In this document: positions 1 to 9,432 of the stretch, piece by piece
Layout of the letters: the number at the start of each line of letters is the position of its first letter
Position numbering within the stretch: the stretch's first letter is position 1
Source of the DNA: an uncultured Acidobacteriota bacterium
Lineage (GTDB): Bacteria; Acidobacteriota; Thermoanaerobaculia; Multivoradales; SZUA-115
Length of the DNA stretch: 64,000 nucleotides
NCBI GenBank assembly: GCA_963805975.1
Contig: CAWDVR010000006.1
Location: 64,001-128,000 of the forward strand
Direction of reading: 5' to 3'
Made by a program: the position numbers and the translations under genes
Notes under the pieces: model-generated
What the model was told of the DNA's origin: nothing
The model's input: only the letters and a program-made list of their open reading frames with translations
Database searches by the model: none

Positions 1-145
1 GGGTGGACCGCCATCGGCAGGCACGCGACTCTGGCGCGCCGCGCTAGCCTGCCGCGAGACCCGCAGGAAACCCGGCGCTCGCGGGTTCTAGGGGCAAAGG
101 CGCTCGTGCCGGACGGCGGGCGCCGCCACTCAAAAGGAGAAGCGA

Positions 146-583
146 ATGCGCCGTAGATTCCCCGTTCTCGCCACCGCTGCCGTTCTCGCCGCGCTCCTGG
201 CCGTTCCCCTGGCCGCCGAAGCCAACCATCCCCGCCGCCCGCGCTGCAACAACCTGCGCGCCATCGCCCGCGTGGTGCAGCTCTCGCCGGCTCAGGTGCA
301 GCAGGCGCAGGCTCTCTTCGGCGAGCTGCGACAGACGATCGAGCCCCTGCGCCAGCAGATCCCGCCGCTGCGCGAAGCGCTCGAGGATCTACTCGAGGCC
401 GAGACGCCCGAGGCCGCCGCCGTGGGGGAGGCGGTGATCGACATCGACGCGCTCCGCGACCAGATCCAGGACGCGCGGAGGTCTGCCGTGGACGAGTTCG
501 AAGGCCTGCTCACCACCGGCCAGCTCGAGCGCTGGGAGGAGTTCCAGGAGCACTGCCGCGAGGGCTACCAGCACGGCGACTAG
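146..583 (+). CDS. Spy/CpxP-like periplasmic helical protein (heavy-metal sensor/LTXXQ family)
   Basis: AGGAG RBS; signal peptide ending AEA; LSPAQ and LTTGQ (LTxxQ-like) motifs; all-helical. Confidence 0.7.
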   Translation: MRRRFPVLATAAVLAALLAVPLAAEANHPRRPRCNNLRAIARVVQLSPAQVQQAQALFGELRQTIEPLRQQIPPLREALEDLLEAETPEAAAVGEAVIDIDALRDQIQDARRSAVDEFEGLLTTGQLERWEEFQEHCREGYQHGD

Positions 584-714
584 GAAACCTGCTGCGCGGT
601 CCACCTGCTGCGTCGCGGGCCTCCCCGGCAACCTTTACGTACTGCCATGTACGCTGCGGTCGCCGGGTCCTCCCGCTCCTTGCATCTGGACCGCTCGCGA
701 CGGTTTCCCCCAAG

Positions 715-2115
715 CTACGGAAAGATCTTCCCCGGGTTGAGGATGCCCGCCGGGTCGAAGGCGGCCTTGAGGCGGCGCATCAGGGCGATGGAGCCGGGGT
801 CGAGGGCGAGCGGCAGGTGGCGGCGCTGCACCGAGCCCACACCATGCTCGCCCGTGATCGTCCCTCCCAGCTCCACCACGGCCCGGAACAGCTCTTCCTC
901 GGCGGCGTCGCGCCGCTCCTGCCAGAGGGAGGGGTCGAGATCGCCGCGCAGCAGGTTGACGTGCAGGTTGCCGTCGCCCGCGTGGCCGTAGCAGAGGGCC
1001 GTGAGCCCTTGCCGGGCGGCGGCCCGGCGCGCCGCGCGTACCAGCTCCGCCAGCTTCGAGCGCGGCACCACGGTGTCCGCTTCCTTGTAGACCGAGCGGT
1101 GCTTGACCGCCTCTCCCATCCGCCGGCGCACGGCCCACAGGCGGCGCTGCTCGGCGGCGTCGGCCGCCACCAGGGCCTCGCCCGCGCCCAGGCTCTCGGC
1201 CAGCGCCGCGATCCCGGCGGCGCGTTCGAGGAGCTCCTCGTCCCGCTCGCCGTGCAGCTCCAGGAGCAGCAATGCCTCGCGATTGATGAGGGAGGCGGGC
1301 AGGGGCTCGAGGGCGGCCACCGCGGCCAGCGCCCCGGACTCGACCAGCTCGCAGCTCGCGGGATCGAAACCGCGCTCGAGGATCGCCGAGACCGCGGCGG
1401 CCGCGGCCTCGAGGTCGTCGAACGGCAGCAGGAGGGAAAGAGTGGCCCGCGGCTTGGCGCAGAGCCGCAGGAGGGCGGCGGTGATCACCGCCAGCGTCCC
1501 CTCGGAGCCCACCAGGAGCTGCGTCAGGTTGTAGCCGGTGGCGTTCTTCCGTGTACGGCCGCCGGTCTCGACGATGGTGCCGTCCGGCAGCACGGCCTCG
1601 AGGCCCAGCACCCAGGCGCGGGTGGTGCCGTACTTGAGCGAGCGCGGGCCGGCCGAGTCCTCGGCCAGGTTGCCGGCCAGCAGGCAGGAGTCGCGGCTGG
1701 CAGGGTCCGGTGGATAGAAGAGGCCCAGCTCCTCGACCGCGGTGTGGAGCACGCCGGTCACCACGCCGGCCTCGGCCTCGGCGACCAGGTCGGCGGGCTC
1801 GATCGAGCGGATGCGATCGAGGCGCTCGACCGAGAGCACGATGCCGCCGTGGACGGGGAGCGCTCCTCCCGAGAGCCCGGTACCGGCGCCGCGCGGGGTC
1901 ACCGGCACGCGCTCGGCGGTCGCGAAGCGCAGCACGGCCCCCACCTGCTCGGGGCTCTCCGGCAGCACCACCGCCTCGGGCCGGTGCGCGAGATCCTCGG
2001 TCTCGTCGCGGCCGTAGCGCTCGAGCGCCGCTTCGTCGGTCCGGACCGAGGCGTCCCCGGCCACCGCACGGAGGCGGGCCAATCGCGTTTCGTCGAGGCG
2101 TTGGAAGTCGGACAT
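715..2115 (-). CDS. FAD-linked oxidase, GlcD/D-lactate dehydrogenase family
   Basis: PRGAGTGLSGGA FAD motif, YPPDPAS, GSEGTL, GHAGDGNLH, GEHGVG, ILNPGK C-terminus; start moved to MSDFQ (ATG 2115). Confidence 0.9.
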   Translation of the reverse strand: MSDFQRLDETRLARLRAVAGDASVRTDEAALERYGRDETEDLAHRPEAVVLPESPEQVGAVLRFATAERVPVTPRGAGTGLSGGALPVHGGIVLSVERLDRIRSIEPADLVAEAEAGVVTGVLHTAVEELGLFYPPDPASRDSCLLAGNLAEDSAGPRSLKYGTTRAWVLGLEAVLPDGTIVETGGRTRKNATGYNLTQLLVGSEGTLAVITAALLRLCAKPRATLSLLLPFDDLEAAAAAVSAILERGFDPASCELVESGALAAVAALEPLPASLINREALLLLELHGERDEELLERAAGIAALAESLGAGEALVAADAAEQRRLWAVRRRMGEAVKHRSVYKEADTVVPRSKLAELVRAARRAAARQGLTALCYGHAGDGNLHVNLLRGDLDPSLWQERRDAAEEELFRAVVELGGTITGEHGVGSVQRRHLPLALDPGSIALMRRLKAAFDPAGILNPGKIFP

Positions 2116-2123
2116 GCGGGCCT

Positions 2124-2885
2124 CTACAGCTCCCCTCGCAGCCACCCCGTGCGCGCCACCCGGCCTTCGATACGCCGCACGCGCCGCTGGTAGACCTGGC
2201 TCTTGCTGCCCGGGTGCCACGCCGAGGGCTTCGGCAGGCCGGCCGCGAGCGAGGCGGCTTCAGAAGTGGTCAAGGCCGCGGCCGACTTGCCGAAATAGCG
2301 GCGGGCCGCCGCTTCCGCGCCGTACACCCCCGGGCCGAACTCCGCCACGTTGAGGTACAGCTCCAGGATGCGCCGCTTTTCGAGGTGCTTCTCGAGCTGC
2401 CGGGTGAGGAGCGCCTCTTTCACCTTGCGCCACGGGCTGCGCGACGGCGACAGCCACAGGTTCTTCGCGAGCTGCTGCGAGAGGGTCGAGGCCCCGCGCA
2501 CGGGCCTGCCGTCCTCGCGCGCCTCGTCGATCGCCCTCTTGACCTCCTCCCACGCAAAGCCGTCGTGCGAGAAGAAGTCGATGTCCTCCGCCACCAGCAC
2601 GGCGTGCTTGAGCTCGGTCGAGATCCGGCCATAGGGCACCTGCCGCCAGGCGACCGCGGCGGGCTTGCCGTCCTTGCCGGCGCGCTCGCGGTAGCGCTCG
2701 ATGAAGGCCGTGGTCTCGGGGTCCTCGGTGGCGAGGGCCGCCACCCGCGGCCAGGTGACGAGCTGCCAGAGCAGAGCGATCACTGCCACGACCCAGAGCC
2801 CGAGCACGATCCAGCGGAAGAGCCGGCGCTTGCGCCTGGGCTGGGCGAGCGGCTCGGCCTGGCGTGGAGCGGGCTCGTCGATCAC
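2124..2885 (-). CDS. mtgA: Monofunctional peptidoglycan transglycosylase (GT51)
   Basis: N-terminal TM helix; AEDxxFxxHxG, RGASTLSQQLAKNL, RKxxE, KRRILELYLNVAEFG motifs; GTG start overlapping the upstream stop. Confidence 0.9.
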   Translation of the reverse strand: MIDEPAPRQAEPLAQPRRKRRLFRWIVLGLWVVAVIALLWQLVTWPRVAALATEDPETTAFIERYRERAGKDGKPAAVAWRQVPYGRISTELKHAVLVAEDIDFFSHDGFAWEEVKRAIDEAREDGRPVRGASTLSQQLAKNLWLSPSRSPWRKVKEALLTRQLEKHLEKRRILELYLNVAEFGPGVYGAEAAARRYFGKSAAALTTSEAASLAAGLPKPSAWHPGSKSQVYQRRVRRIEGRVARTGWLRGEL

Positions 2886-3967
2886 GGCTCGTCGGCGAAG
2901 AGCGAGAGCTGCGGCGTGGGCAACGCTTTTGGCCGGGCCGACGCCGGCACGCGGAAGGCGTCGGTCGCGAGCGACGGGCGCGGCCGATCCAGTCCGTGCC
3001 GCCTGACCGCGGTGTCGAACAGCGCGGCGATCTGCTCCGCGAAGGCACCCTGGCCGCGGAAGCGGCTGCCGAAGCGCGAGTCGTTGAGCTTGCCGCCGCG
3101 CAGCGACCGCTGCCGGTTGAGCACCTTGTCCACCCGGTCCGGGAAATGGGTCTCGAGCCATTGCTCGAAGAGCGGCGCCACGGCGCCCGGCAGCCGCAGC
3201 GGCACGTAGCCCGCGAAGCCGGCTCCCGCCTCGGCAGCCGCCGCGAGGATCTTGGGGATCTCGTGATCGGTGATCGCCGGGATCACCGGCGCCGCCATCA
3301 CCCCCACCGGGATGCCGGCCGCGGCCAGCTCGCGAACCGCCCGCAGGCGCTCGCGCGGGTGCGAGGCCCGCGGCTCGAGCCGGCGGGCGAGGCCGGCGTC
3401 GAGAGTGGTGATCGACAGGCAGACCGAGGCCAGGCCCTCCCGCGCCATCTCGGAGAGCAGGTCGATGTCCCGCGTCACCAGGGCGTTCTTGGTGATGATC
3501 GAGACCGGGTTCCGGAACTCGGCCAGCACCGCGAGGCAGCGGCGGGTGACCTCGAGCTTGCGCTCGATCGGCTGGTAGGGGTCGGTGACGCCGGAGATCA
3601 TCAGCGTCTGCGGCTTCCACTTGGGCGCCGCCAGCTCGCGGCGCAGGAGCTCCGGCGCGTCCTCCTTGACCAGGATCTTGCTCTCGAAGTCGAGCCCGGC
3701 GGAGAAGCCCAGGAACTCATGGGTCGGCCGGGCGTAGCAATAGATGCACCCGTGCTCGCAGCCGCGGTACGGGTTGAGCGAGGCATCGAAACCCACGTCC
3801 GGGCTGTCGTTGTAGGTGATGGCGGTTTTCGAGCCGTCTACCAGGTAGGTGGTCGGAACGCGATCCGGCGGCGGCTCTTCCAGCTCCACCGCGAGGTGGG
3901 TGAAGCGGTTGGCCGGGTTGGTGGCGGCGGCCCGACCGCGCGGCGGCTCCACGAGGTCCGTTCTCAT
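2882..3967 (-). CDS. PA0069-family radical SAM protein (spore photoproduct lyase-like)
   Basis: NPYRGCEHGCIYCYARPTH (CxxxCxxC), TDPYQP, C-terminal QLSLF clamp-binding-like motif. Confidence 0.9.
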   Translation of the reverse strand: MRTDLVEPPRGRAAATNPANRFTHLAVELEEPPPDRVPTTYLVDGSKTAITYNDSPDVGFDASLNPYRGCEHGCIYCYARPTHEFLGFSAGLDFESKILVKEDAPELLRRELAAPKWKPQTLMISGVTDPYQPIERKLEVTRRCLAVLAEFRNPVSIITKNALVTRDIDLLSEMAREGLASVCLSITTLDAGLARRLEPRASHPRERLRAVRELAAAGIPVGVMAAPVIPAITDHEIPKILAAAAEAGAGFAGYVPLRLPGAVAPLFEQWLETHFPDRVDKVLNRQRSLRGGKLNDSRFGSRFRGQGAFAEQIAALFDTAVRRHGLDRPRPSLATDAFRVPASARPKALPTPQLSLFADEP

Positions 3968-4105
3968 GCGCCTAGTTTACGCCTATTCACGGTTCGCCAG
4001 AGCTCGAGGTCTCTGCCAAGGGCTCCGCGCCGCGTATGTCTTCGTGTCATGATCGCCCGTCCATCGTAAGCGGGGTGTCGGGTCGGGGCAAGCCGAGGGC
4101 GATCT

Positions 4106-5824
4106 ATGCACGGAAGGCAGGACGAGAGAGATCTGATCCGCGCGTTGGCGGCCGTGGCGGCGCTGGCGCTCCTCGCAACCCCCGTATTTTCCAGCTCCAT
4201 TCCATCCTCTGCCGATCCGGTGCCAGCCGCGCCCGCCGCCGATCCCGGCTGCGAGCCGGTGCCGGACGACGCCACTCTCGAGTCGCGCGGTGCCCGCATC
4301 CGTGCGATCGAGATCGCGATCGGGGACATCTTCGACGAGGAGAACCCGAAGGAGGACGGCACCCTCTACAAGCTCGTCAACCGCCTGCACATCGACACCC
4401 GGCCGCACGTGGCGGCGAACCTGATCCTGGTGCGCACCGGCGATGTCTACCAGCGGCGCCTGCTCGACGAGTCCGAGCGCCTGCTGCGCGAGGAGCGGTA
4501 CTTTTCCGAGGCGACGATCCGCCCGCTGCGCTACTGCGGCAACGAGGTGGACCTGGTGGTCGAAGCGCACGACGTGTGGACGCTCAACCTCGCCGCCACC
4601 TTCAGCCGGAGCGGCGGCAAGAACACCACGCGCGCCAAGATCGAGGACGGCAACTTCCTCGGGCTGGGCAAGGACGTGGCCCTCGAACAGCGCTCGACCG
4701 TCGACCGCGACTCGCTGGTCGCCCGCTATCGCGACCACAACCTCCGCGGCAGCCGCCGGCGGCTCGAGCTGTGGTACGCCGACAACAGCGACGGCAGCTT
4801 CCAGGTCTTCGACCTGCGCCAGCCGTTCTACGCCCTCGACAGCCGCTTCGCGGCGGGCATCCGGGTGCGGATCGACGACAAGGTGGACGACCTCTACCGC
4901 CTGGGCGAGATCTACACCAGCTTCCGCCACCAGCAGGACTTCGCCGATCTCTTCCTGGGCCGCTCGGCGGGCCTCAAGGGCGGCAGGGCCGTGCGCTGGA
5001 GCGTGGGCGCCACCCTGCTGCGCGATCGCTTCGAGAAGAAGGTGGGGGAGGTCGAGCCGATCTTCATCCCGCCGGACCGCACGCTCGCCTACCCTTGGCT
5101 TGGCTTCGAGTGGGTGGAGGACGATTTCCGCGAGCTCTCCGACCTGGACCAGATCGCGCGCACCGAGGACTTCGCACTGGGCCTGCACCTCTCCGGGCGC
5201 ATCGGCTACTCGGCGGAGTCTTTCGGTGGCGACGAGAATCGCGTCGTCTACTCGCTCGCGGCGAGCGACGGGGTGGAGTGGGGCGAGAAGGCCCTGCTGC
5301 TGCTCTCGGCCGCCTCTAGCGGCCGCTGGGGGGACGACGGCGCGCAGAACATGGTCACCGGCGGCCAGGCGCGCTTCTACTGGCGAAATTTCGGCCAGAA
5401 CCTCTTCTTCGTCACCCTGGGCGCGGACGTGGCCGACAACCTGGACTTCGACAACCAGCTACTCCTGGGCGGCGACAACGGCCTGCGCGGCTACCCGTTG
5501 CGCTACCAGGAGGGGGACCGCCGCGCCCTCCTCACGCTGGAGCAACGCTTCTACACCCCGCTCGACCTCTTCCACGTGGTGCAGGTGGGGGGCGCCGTGT
5601 TCTTCGATATCGGCCGCGCCTGGTTCGAGGAGGAGCAGCGTTTCCCGCCCCGGCTGCCGGTCAAGGCGACCGGCTGGCTCAAGGACGTGGGCGTGGGCCT
5701 GCGCTTCTCCTCCAACCGCTCGGGCCACGGCACCATGGTGCACTTCGACGTCGCCTTCCCGCTGGACGGCGACGACTCGATCGAAGAGGTGCAGTGGCTG
5801 GTGCGGACCCGCGAAACGTTCTAG
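4106..5824 (+). CDS. Omp85/BamA-TamA family outer-membrane protein (POTRA + beta-barrel)
   Basis: Signal peptide; POTRA-like ESERLLR; loop motif LGGDNGLRGYP; FFDIGRAW; terminal Phe. Confidence 0.8.
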   Translation: MHGRQDERDLIRALAAVAALALLATPVFSSSIPSSADPVPAAPAADPGCEPVPDDATLESRGARIRAIEIAIGDIFDEENPKEDGTLYKLVNRLHIDTRPHVAANLILVRTGDVYQRRLLDESERLLREERYFSEATIRPLRYCGNEVDLVVEAHDVWTLNLAATFSRSGGKNTTRAKIEDGNFLGLGKDVALEQRSTVDRDSLVARYRDHNLRGSRRRLELWYADNSDGSFQVFDLRQPFYALDSRFAAGIRVRIDDKVDDLYRLGEIYTSFRHQQDFADLFLGRSAGLKGGRAVRWSVGATLLRDRFEKKVGEVEPIFIPPDRTLAYPWLGFEWVEDDFRELSDLDQIARTEDFALGLHLSGRIGYSAESFGGDENRVVYSLAASDGVEWGEKALLLLSAASSGRWGDDGAQNMVTGGQARFYWRNFGQNLFFVTLGADVADNLDFDNQLLLGGDNGLRGYPLRYQEGDRRALLTLEQRFYTPLDLFHVVQVGGAVFFDIGRAWFEEEQRFPPRLPVKATGWLKDVGVGLRFSSNRSGHGTMVHFDVAFPLDGDDSIEEVQWLVRTRETF

Positions 5825-6685
5825 CTACAAGCTCTCGTCGCCGAACGGGTCGCAGGTGTCCGGGTTGCCGCTCTCGAGGCCGCGGCGCAGCCAGCGGGCG
5901 CGCATCTCGGACGAGCCGTGGGTCCAGGACTCGGGCTGCACCCAGCCCTGGGTGTTCTTCTGGATGCGGTCGTCACCGATCGCCTGAGCAGCGCCCAGGC
6001 CCTCCTGCACGTCGCCGGGCTCGAGCCAGTTGCGCTCGCGGTTGGCGTGATGCCCCCAGACCCCGGCCAGGCAGTCGGCCTGCAGCTCCATGCGCACCGA
6101 CAGGCCGTTGGCCTGCTCGCGGTCCACCTGCTGGCGCAGCCGCGCCACCTGGTCCGAGATGCCGAGCTGCTGCTGCACGTGGTGACCCACCTCGTGCGCC
6201 ACCACGTAGGCGCGCGCGAAGTCGCCCGGTGCGCCGAAGCGTTGCGAGAGGTCGCTGAAGAACGAGAGATCGAGGTAGACCTGCTGATCGGCGGGGCAGT
6301 AGAAGGGGCCAACGGCCGAGGTGGTGTAGCCGCAGGCGGAATCCACCTCGCTGGAGAACAGCACCAGCACCGGCGGCTGGTAGGTGCGGTCCATACGCTG
6401 GAAGATCTCGCCCCACACGTCCTCGGTCGAGCCGAGGATCACCTTGGCGAAACGGCTCTCCTCGTCGTCCGGTGGAGCGCCGCCCGGCGAGGAAGGCCCG
6501 GTCTCGACGCTCGAGCTCGGGCCTTCGGCCATGCCGATGAGATCCCGCGGGTCCTGCCCGGTCAACACCGCGAAGAGGAGGAGCAGCAGCATGCCTCCCC
6601 CTCCGATGGCCGCACCGCGACCCGCCACCCGCCGGCCGCGTCGATCGTCGACGTTGCCGCTTTCCCGTTGCCCTTGCCATCTCAT
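5825..6685 (-). CDS. YpfJ-family neutral zinc metallopeptidase
   Basis: MRWQGQRESGNVDDRRG N-terminus, GPFYCPAD, AHEVGHHVQ, ELQADCLAG, THGSS; GAGGAG RBS. Confidence 0.9.
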   Translation of the reverse strand: MRWQGQRESGNVDDRRGRRVAGRGAAIGGGGMLLLLLFAVLTGQDPRDLIGMAEGPSSSVETGPSSPGGAPPDDEESRFAKVILGSTEDVWGEIFQRMDRTYQPPVLVLFSSEVDSACGYTTSAVGPFYCPADQQVYLDLSFFSDLSQRFGAPGDFARAYVVAHEVGHHVQQQLGISDQVARLRQQVDREQANGLSVRMELQADCLAGVWGHHANRERNWLEPGDVQEGLGAAQAIGDDRIQKNTQGWVQPESWTHGSSEMRARWLRRGLESGNPDTCDPFGDESL

Positions 6686-6805
6686 GTGCGCTCCTCCTCG
6701 CGGCCAGGCTGCCGCGCTGCCGATCTGCTGAATTGTAGAGCACACTGGGGACCGGCGCCCGGTAAACCACTCGTGCGACAATCGCGGCGGAAAGGACGCC
6801 GGCCC

Positions 6806-8350
6806 GTGGCCCATCGAGAGGTTCTCCTCACCGACGATCTCCCCCTCCTCCTCGCCGTGATGCCTCCCGAGGTGCGGCAGGCGCTCGAGGCCGAGCCCGG
6901 CCGCGACGAGATCCTGGAGGTCGTGCTCGACCTCGGCCGCATCCCCGAGGCGCGCTTCCCGGCGCGCGCCGTGGACCTGCTGCCACGGCAGGTCACCGCC
7001 GAGGACCTGCAGCACGTGGTCGATCGGGTGGGCCGCTTCGGCGAGGACAACCGCGCCGGGATCGGCGGCACTCTCCACCGCATCTCGGCGCTGCGCAACC
7101 GGGTGGGAGAGGTGATCGGCCTCACCTGCCGCGTCGGCCGCGCAGTGTTCGGCACCGTTGCCATCCTGCGCGACACGGTCGAGGCCGGGCGCTCGATCCT
7201 GCTCCTCGGCCGGCCCGGGGTGGGCAAGACGACGCTCTTGCGCGAGGCGGCCCGCGTGCTCGCCGACGAGCTCGGCAAGCGGGTGGTGATCGTCGACACC
7301 TCGAACGAGATCGCCGGCGACGGCGACGTGCCCCATCCCGGCATCGGCCGCGCCCGGCGCATGCAGGTGCCGACCCCTTCCGAGCAGCACGCGGTGATGA
7401 TCGAGGCGGTGGAGAACCACATGCCGGAGGTGATCGTCATCGACGAGATCGGCACCACGGCCGAGGCCATGGCGGCGCGCACCATCGCCGAGCGCGGCGT
7501 GCAGCTGATCGCCACCGCGCACGGCAACACGCTCGAGAACCTGCTGCGCAACCCGACGCTCTCCGACCTCGTGGGCGGTATCCACGCGGTGACCCTCTCG
7601 GACGAGGAGGCCCGCCGCCGCGCCAGCCAGAAGACGGTGCTCGAGCGCAAGGCGCCGCCCACCTTCGACGTGGTGGTCGAGATCCACGAGAAAGACCGCC
7701 TGGCCGTGCACCACCGCGTGGCGGAGGTGGTGGACCGCTTCCTGCGCGGCGCGCCGCTCGCGCCCGAGCTGCGGCTGCGCACGGCGGAGGGAGAGGTCGA
7801 GATCCACGCGGCGGCGGCCCCCGAGCGCGCCGCGAGGACGAACGCGCACGAACGCACGCCGGGGGCCGCGGGAGAGGGCCCGCGGCTGCTACGGCGCCGG
7901 CTGCGGATCTTTCCCTACGCCATCTCGCGCAGCAAGCTCGAGCGCGCCATCCGCCAGCTTCACGTGCCCGCCACGATGGCGATGCAAGCCAAGGAAGCGG
8001 ACGTGGTGCTGACCGTCAAGGGGCAGCAGCGGCGGCAGGGCAAGCGCTGGGCCGACGCCGAGGCCAACGGCGTGCGGCTGGCAGTGGTGAAGAGCAACAC
8101 CGTCACCCAGCTCGAGAGCTTCCTGCGCGCCGAGTTCGGCCTCGCCGAGCCGCGGGAAGAGCACCAGGTCGCGCTCCGCGAGGCCCAGGACGCGATCGAT
8201 CAGGTGCTGGACTCCGGCGTTCCCGTGGAGCTCTCACCCCAGGAGCGCGACATCCGCCGCCTCCAGCACGAGACCGTCGTCGGCTCCGGCCTCGTCTCCC
8301 AGAGCCGCGGCCAGGACCCCTACCGCCGGGTGGTGGTGTTCCCGGGGTGA
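6806..8350 (+). CDS. Ycf45/SpoIIIAA-like AAA ATPase with C-terminal R3H domain
   Basis: Walker A GRPGVGKT, Walker B IVIDE, ATAHG, RRLQH R3H motif; GTG start inferred. Confidence 0.85.
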   Translation: MAHREVLLTDDLPLLLAVMPPEVRQALEAEPGRDEILEVVLDLGRIPEARFPARAVDLLPRQVTAEDLQHVVDRVGRFGEDNRAGIGGTLHRISALRNRVGEVIGLTCRVGRAVFGTVAILRDTVEAGRSILLLGRPGVGKTTLLREAARVLADELGKRVVIVDTSNEIAGDGDVPHPGIGRARRMQVPTPSEQHAVMIEAVENHMPEVIVIDEIGTTAEAMAARTIAERGVQLIATAHGNTLENLLRNPTLSDLVGGIHAVTLSDEEARRRASQKTVLERKAPPTFDVVVEIHEKDRLAVHHRVAEVVDRFLRGAPLAPELRLRTAEGEVEIHAAAAPERAARTNAHERTPGAAGEGPRLLRRRLRIFPYAISRSKLERAIRQLHVPATMAMQAKEADVVLTVKGQQRRQGKRWADAEANGVRLAVVKSNTVTQLESFLRAEFGLAEPREEHQVALREAQDAIDQVLDSGVPVELSPQERDIRRLQHETVVGSGLVSQSRGQDPYRRVVVFPG

Positions 8351-8859
8351 GAGAGCCGATTGCGGTTCTCGACGACGCCCAGGAACCCGGATAATGCCGC
8401 AGAAGATCCGGACACTCAGCGCCAGTCCCGTTGCCGCATGACCTCCCGAGGACTCTTCCCACAATCGGGCCTAACTCGCGATCGTACAGGGGTTTCCAGG
8501 CTCCCCGCCTCCCCCGACGGCAACCAACGCGACAGGAACCCCGTCGCACAGTCTGCCGGTCGTCCCCAATTGCGGCTCTGATTCCCTTCCGAGCACACAC
8601 ACTGTTCGCTCGATGACCGGAATTCGAGCCAGTTCAGGGACTAGCTGAAGCCCCTAAAAGCGAAACTCCTGCGGGTCACCTCCCGAATCGCGACCAGAGT
8701 AAGAAGCTCTCAGAAGCGCCGGTAGCGACATCCGGTGTCGCCGTGGTTCCTACAGAGCTTGTTGTAGGATACCTCCAACTGAAGGCAGGCTAAGGAGTTG
8801 AAGGTCCACGGAGAAGCAGCACGGGGGCCAAGGCGACAGGCGGCGCCACAGGCTGCAGA

Positions 8860-9189
8860 CGGCAGGTACTTGCCAGAGGTTTCTCAGTTTTGAGGACCGG
8901 ATAAGAAACGCATGTACCACTTGGCCTACACCAAGATGGGCTTTGGCTACACCATGACAACAGTGTCAGCACGGAGGGTTTCGACACCAAGCTGGCTTCC
9001 GAGCTTCCCGGGAAACTGGACCTCTCTGGGCAAGACCGTGTCTACTTGGTGGACCCGCACCGGGTTACCCGCACCATCGTCAGACACTTTGGCTACTTCG
9101 TGCCCCGGCTTAGGGAGGCTGGTTCGAAGTCGAGCCCGATGCGGGTCAAATTCGAGGAATTCTTCGATGACTTTCACGACACGGATTGA
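8860..9189 (+). pseudogene. Multiply frameshifted remnant of a hypothetical protein with a reconstructed RxxxxH (HEPN-like) motif
   Basis: Joining frames across apparent 1-nt losses near 8910 and 8936 gives RIRNxMYHLAYTKxGLWLHHDN...RVYLVDPHRVTRTIVRHF...FEEFFDDFHDTD* (stop 9187-9189); 5' end unclear. Confidence 0.4.
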
Positions 9190-9219
9190 GGATCCACGAT
9201 CGCTGGGAGGGTGCGAAGC

Positions 9220-9278
9220 GCAGAACCCTTTGGTGGAGTGGCCGGCTGCGGCCGCCGCTCACCTCAAGAGCGTTAGGC
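9220..9278 (+). mobile_element. attC-like integron cassette recombination site (59 bp, degenerate)
   Basis: R'' GCAGAAC, 5-nt spacer, L'' GGTGGAGT pairing with L' GCTCACC with one extrahelical base, R' GTTAGGC; 30 bp after a stop codon. Confidence 0.55.
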
Positions 9279-9432
9279 GGCCTGCGCGACCGCGGCGCTG
9301 AGGAGGTAGCCGCGGGCAGTCGGCATCAATGTGGGTAGAGGGCGGCCACACACGAGAGAGCCGTCAGCCTTTGCCCGCCCCGCGTCGATCGCGTCGATAA
9401 GGTTCTATGTAGTTGAACCAAGCAGGGAGAGC

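Noticed and set aside
3968-4000. LexA box upstream of the radical SAM gene
   Set aside because: GAAC-containing sequence present, but spacing fits neither GAAC-N4-GTTC nor GTTC-N7-GTTC.
5825-8350. Long overlapping ORFs 5825..7849 (-) and 5918..8350 (+) as dual-strand coding
   Set aside because: Each is a real gene extended by the antisense of its divergent neighbour; high GC suppresses stop codons.
8469-8630. Second attC site starting GCCTAAC at 8469
   Set aside because: No convincing L''/L' pairing or complementary R' box at a suitable distance.
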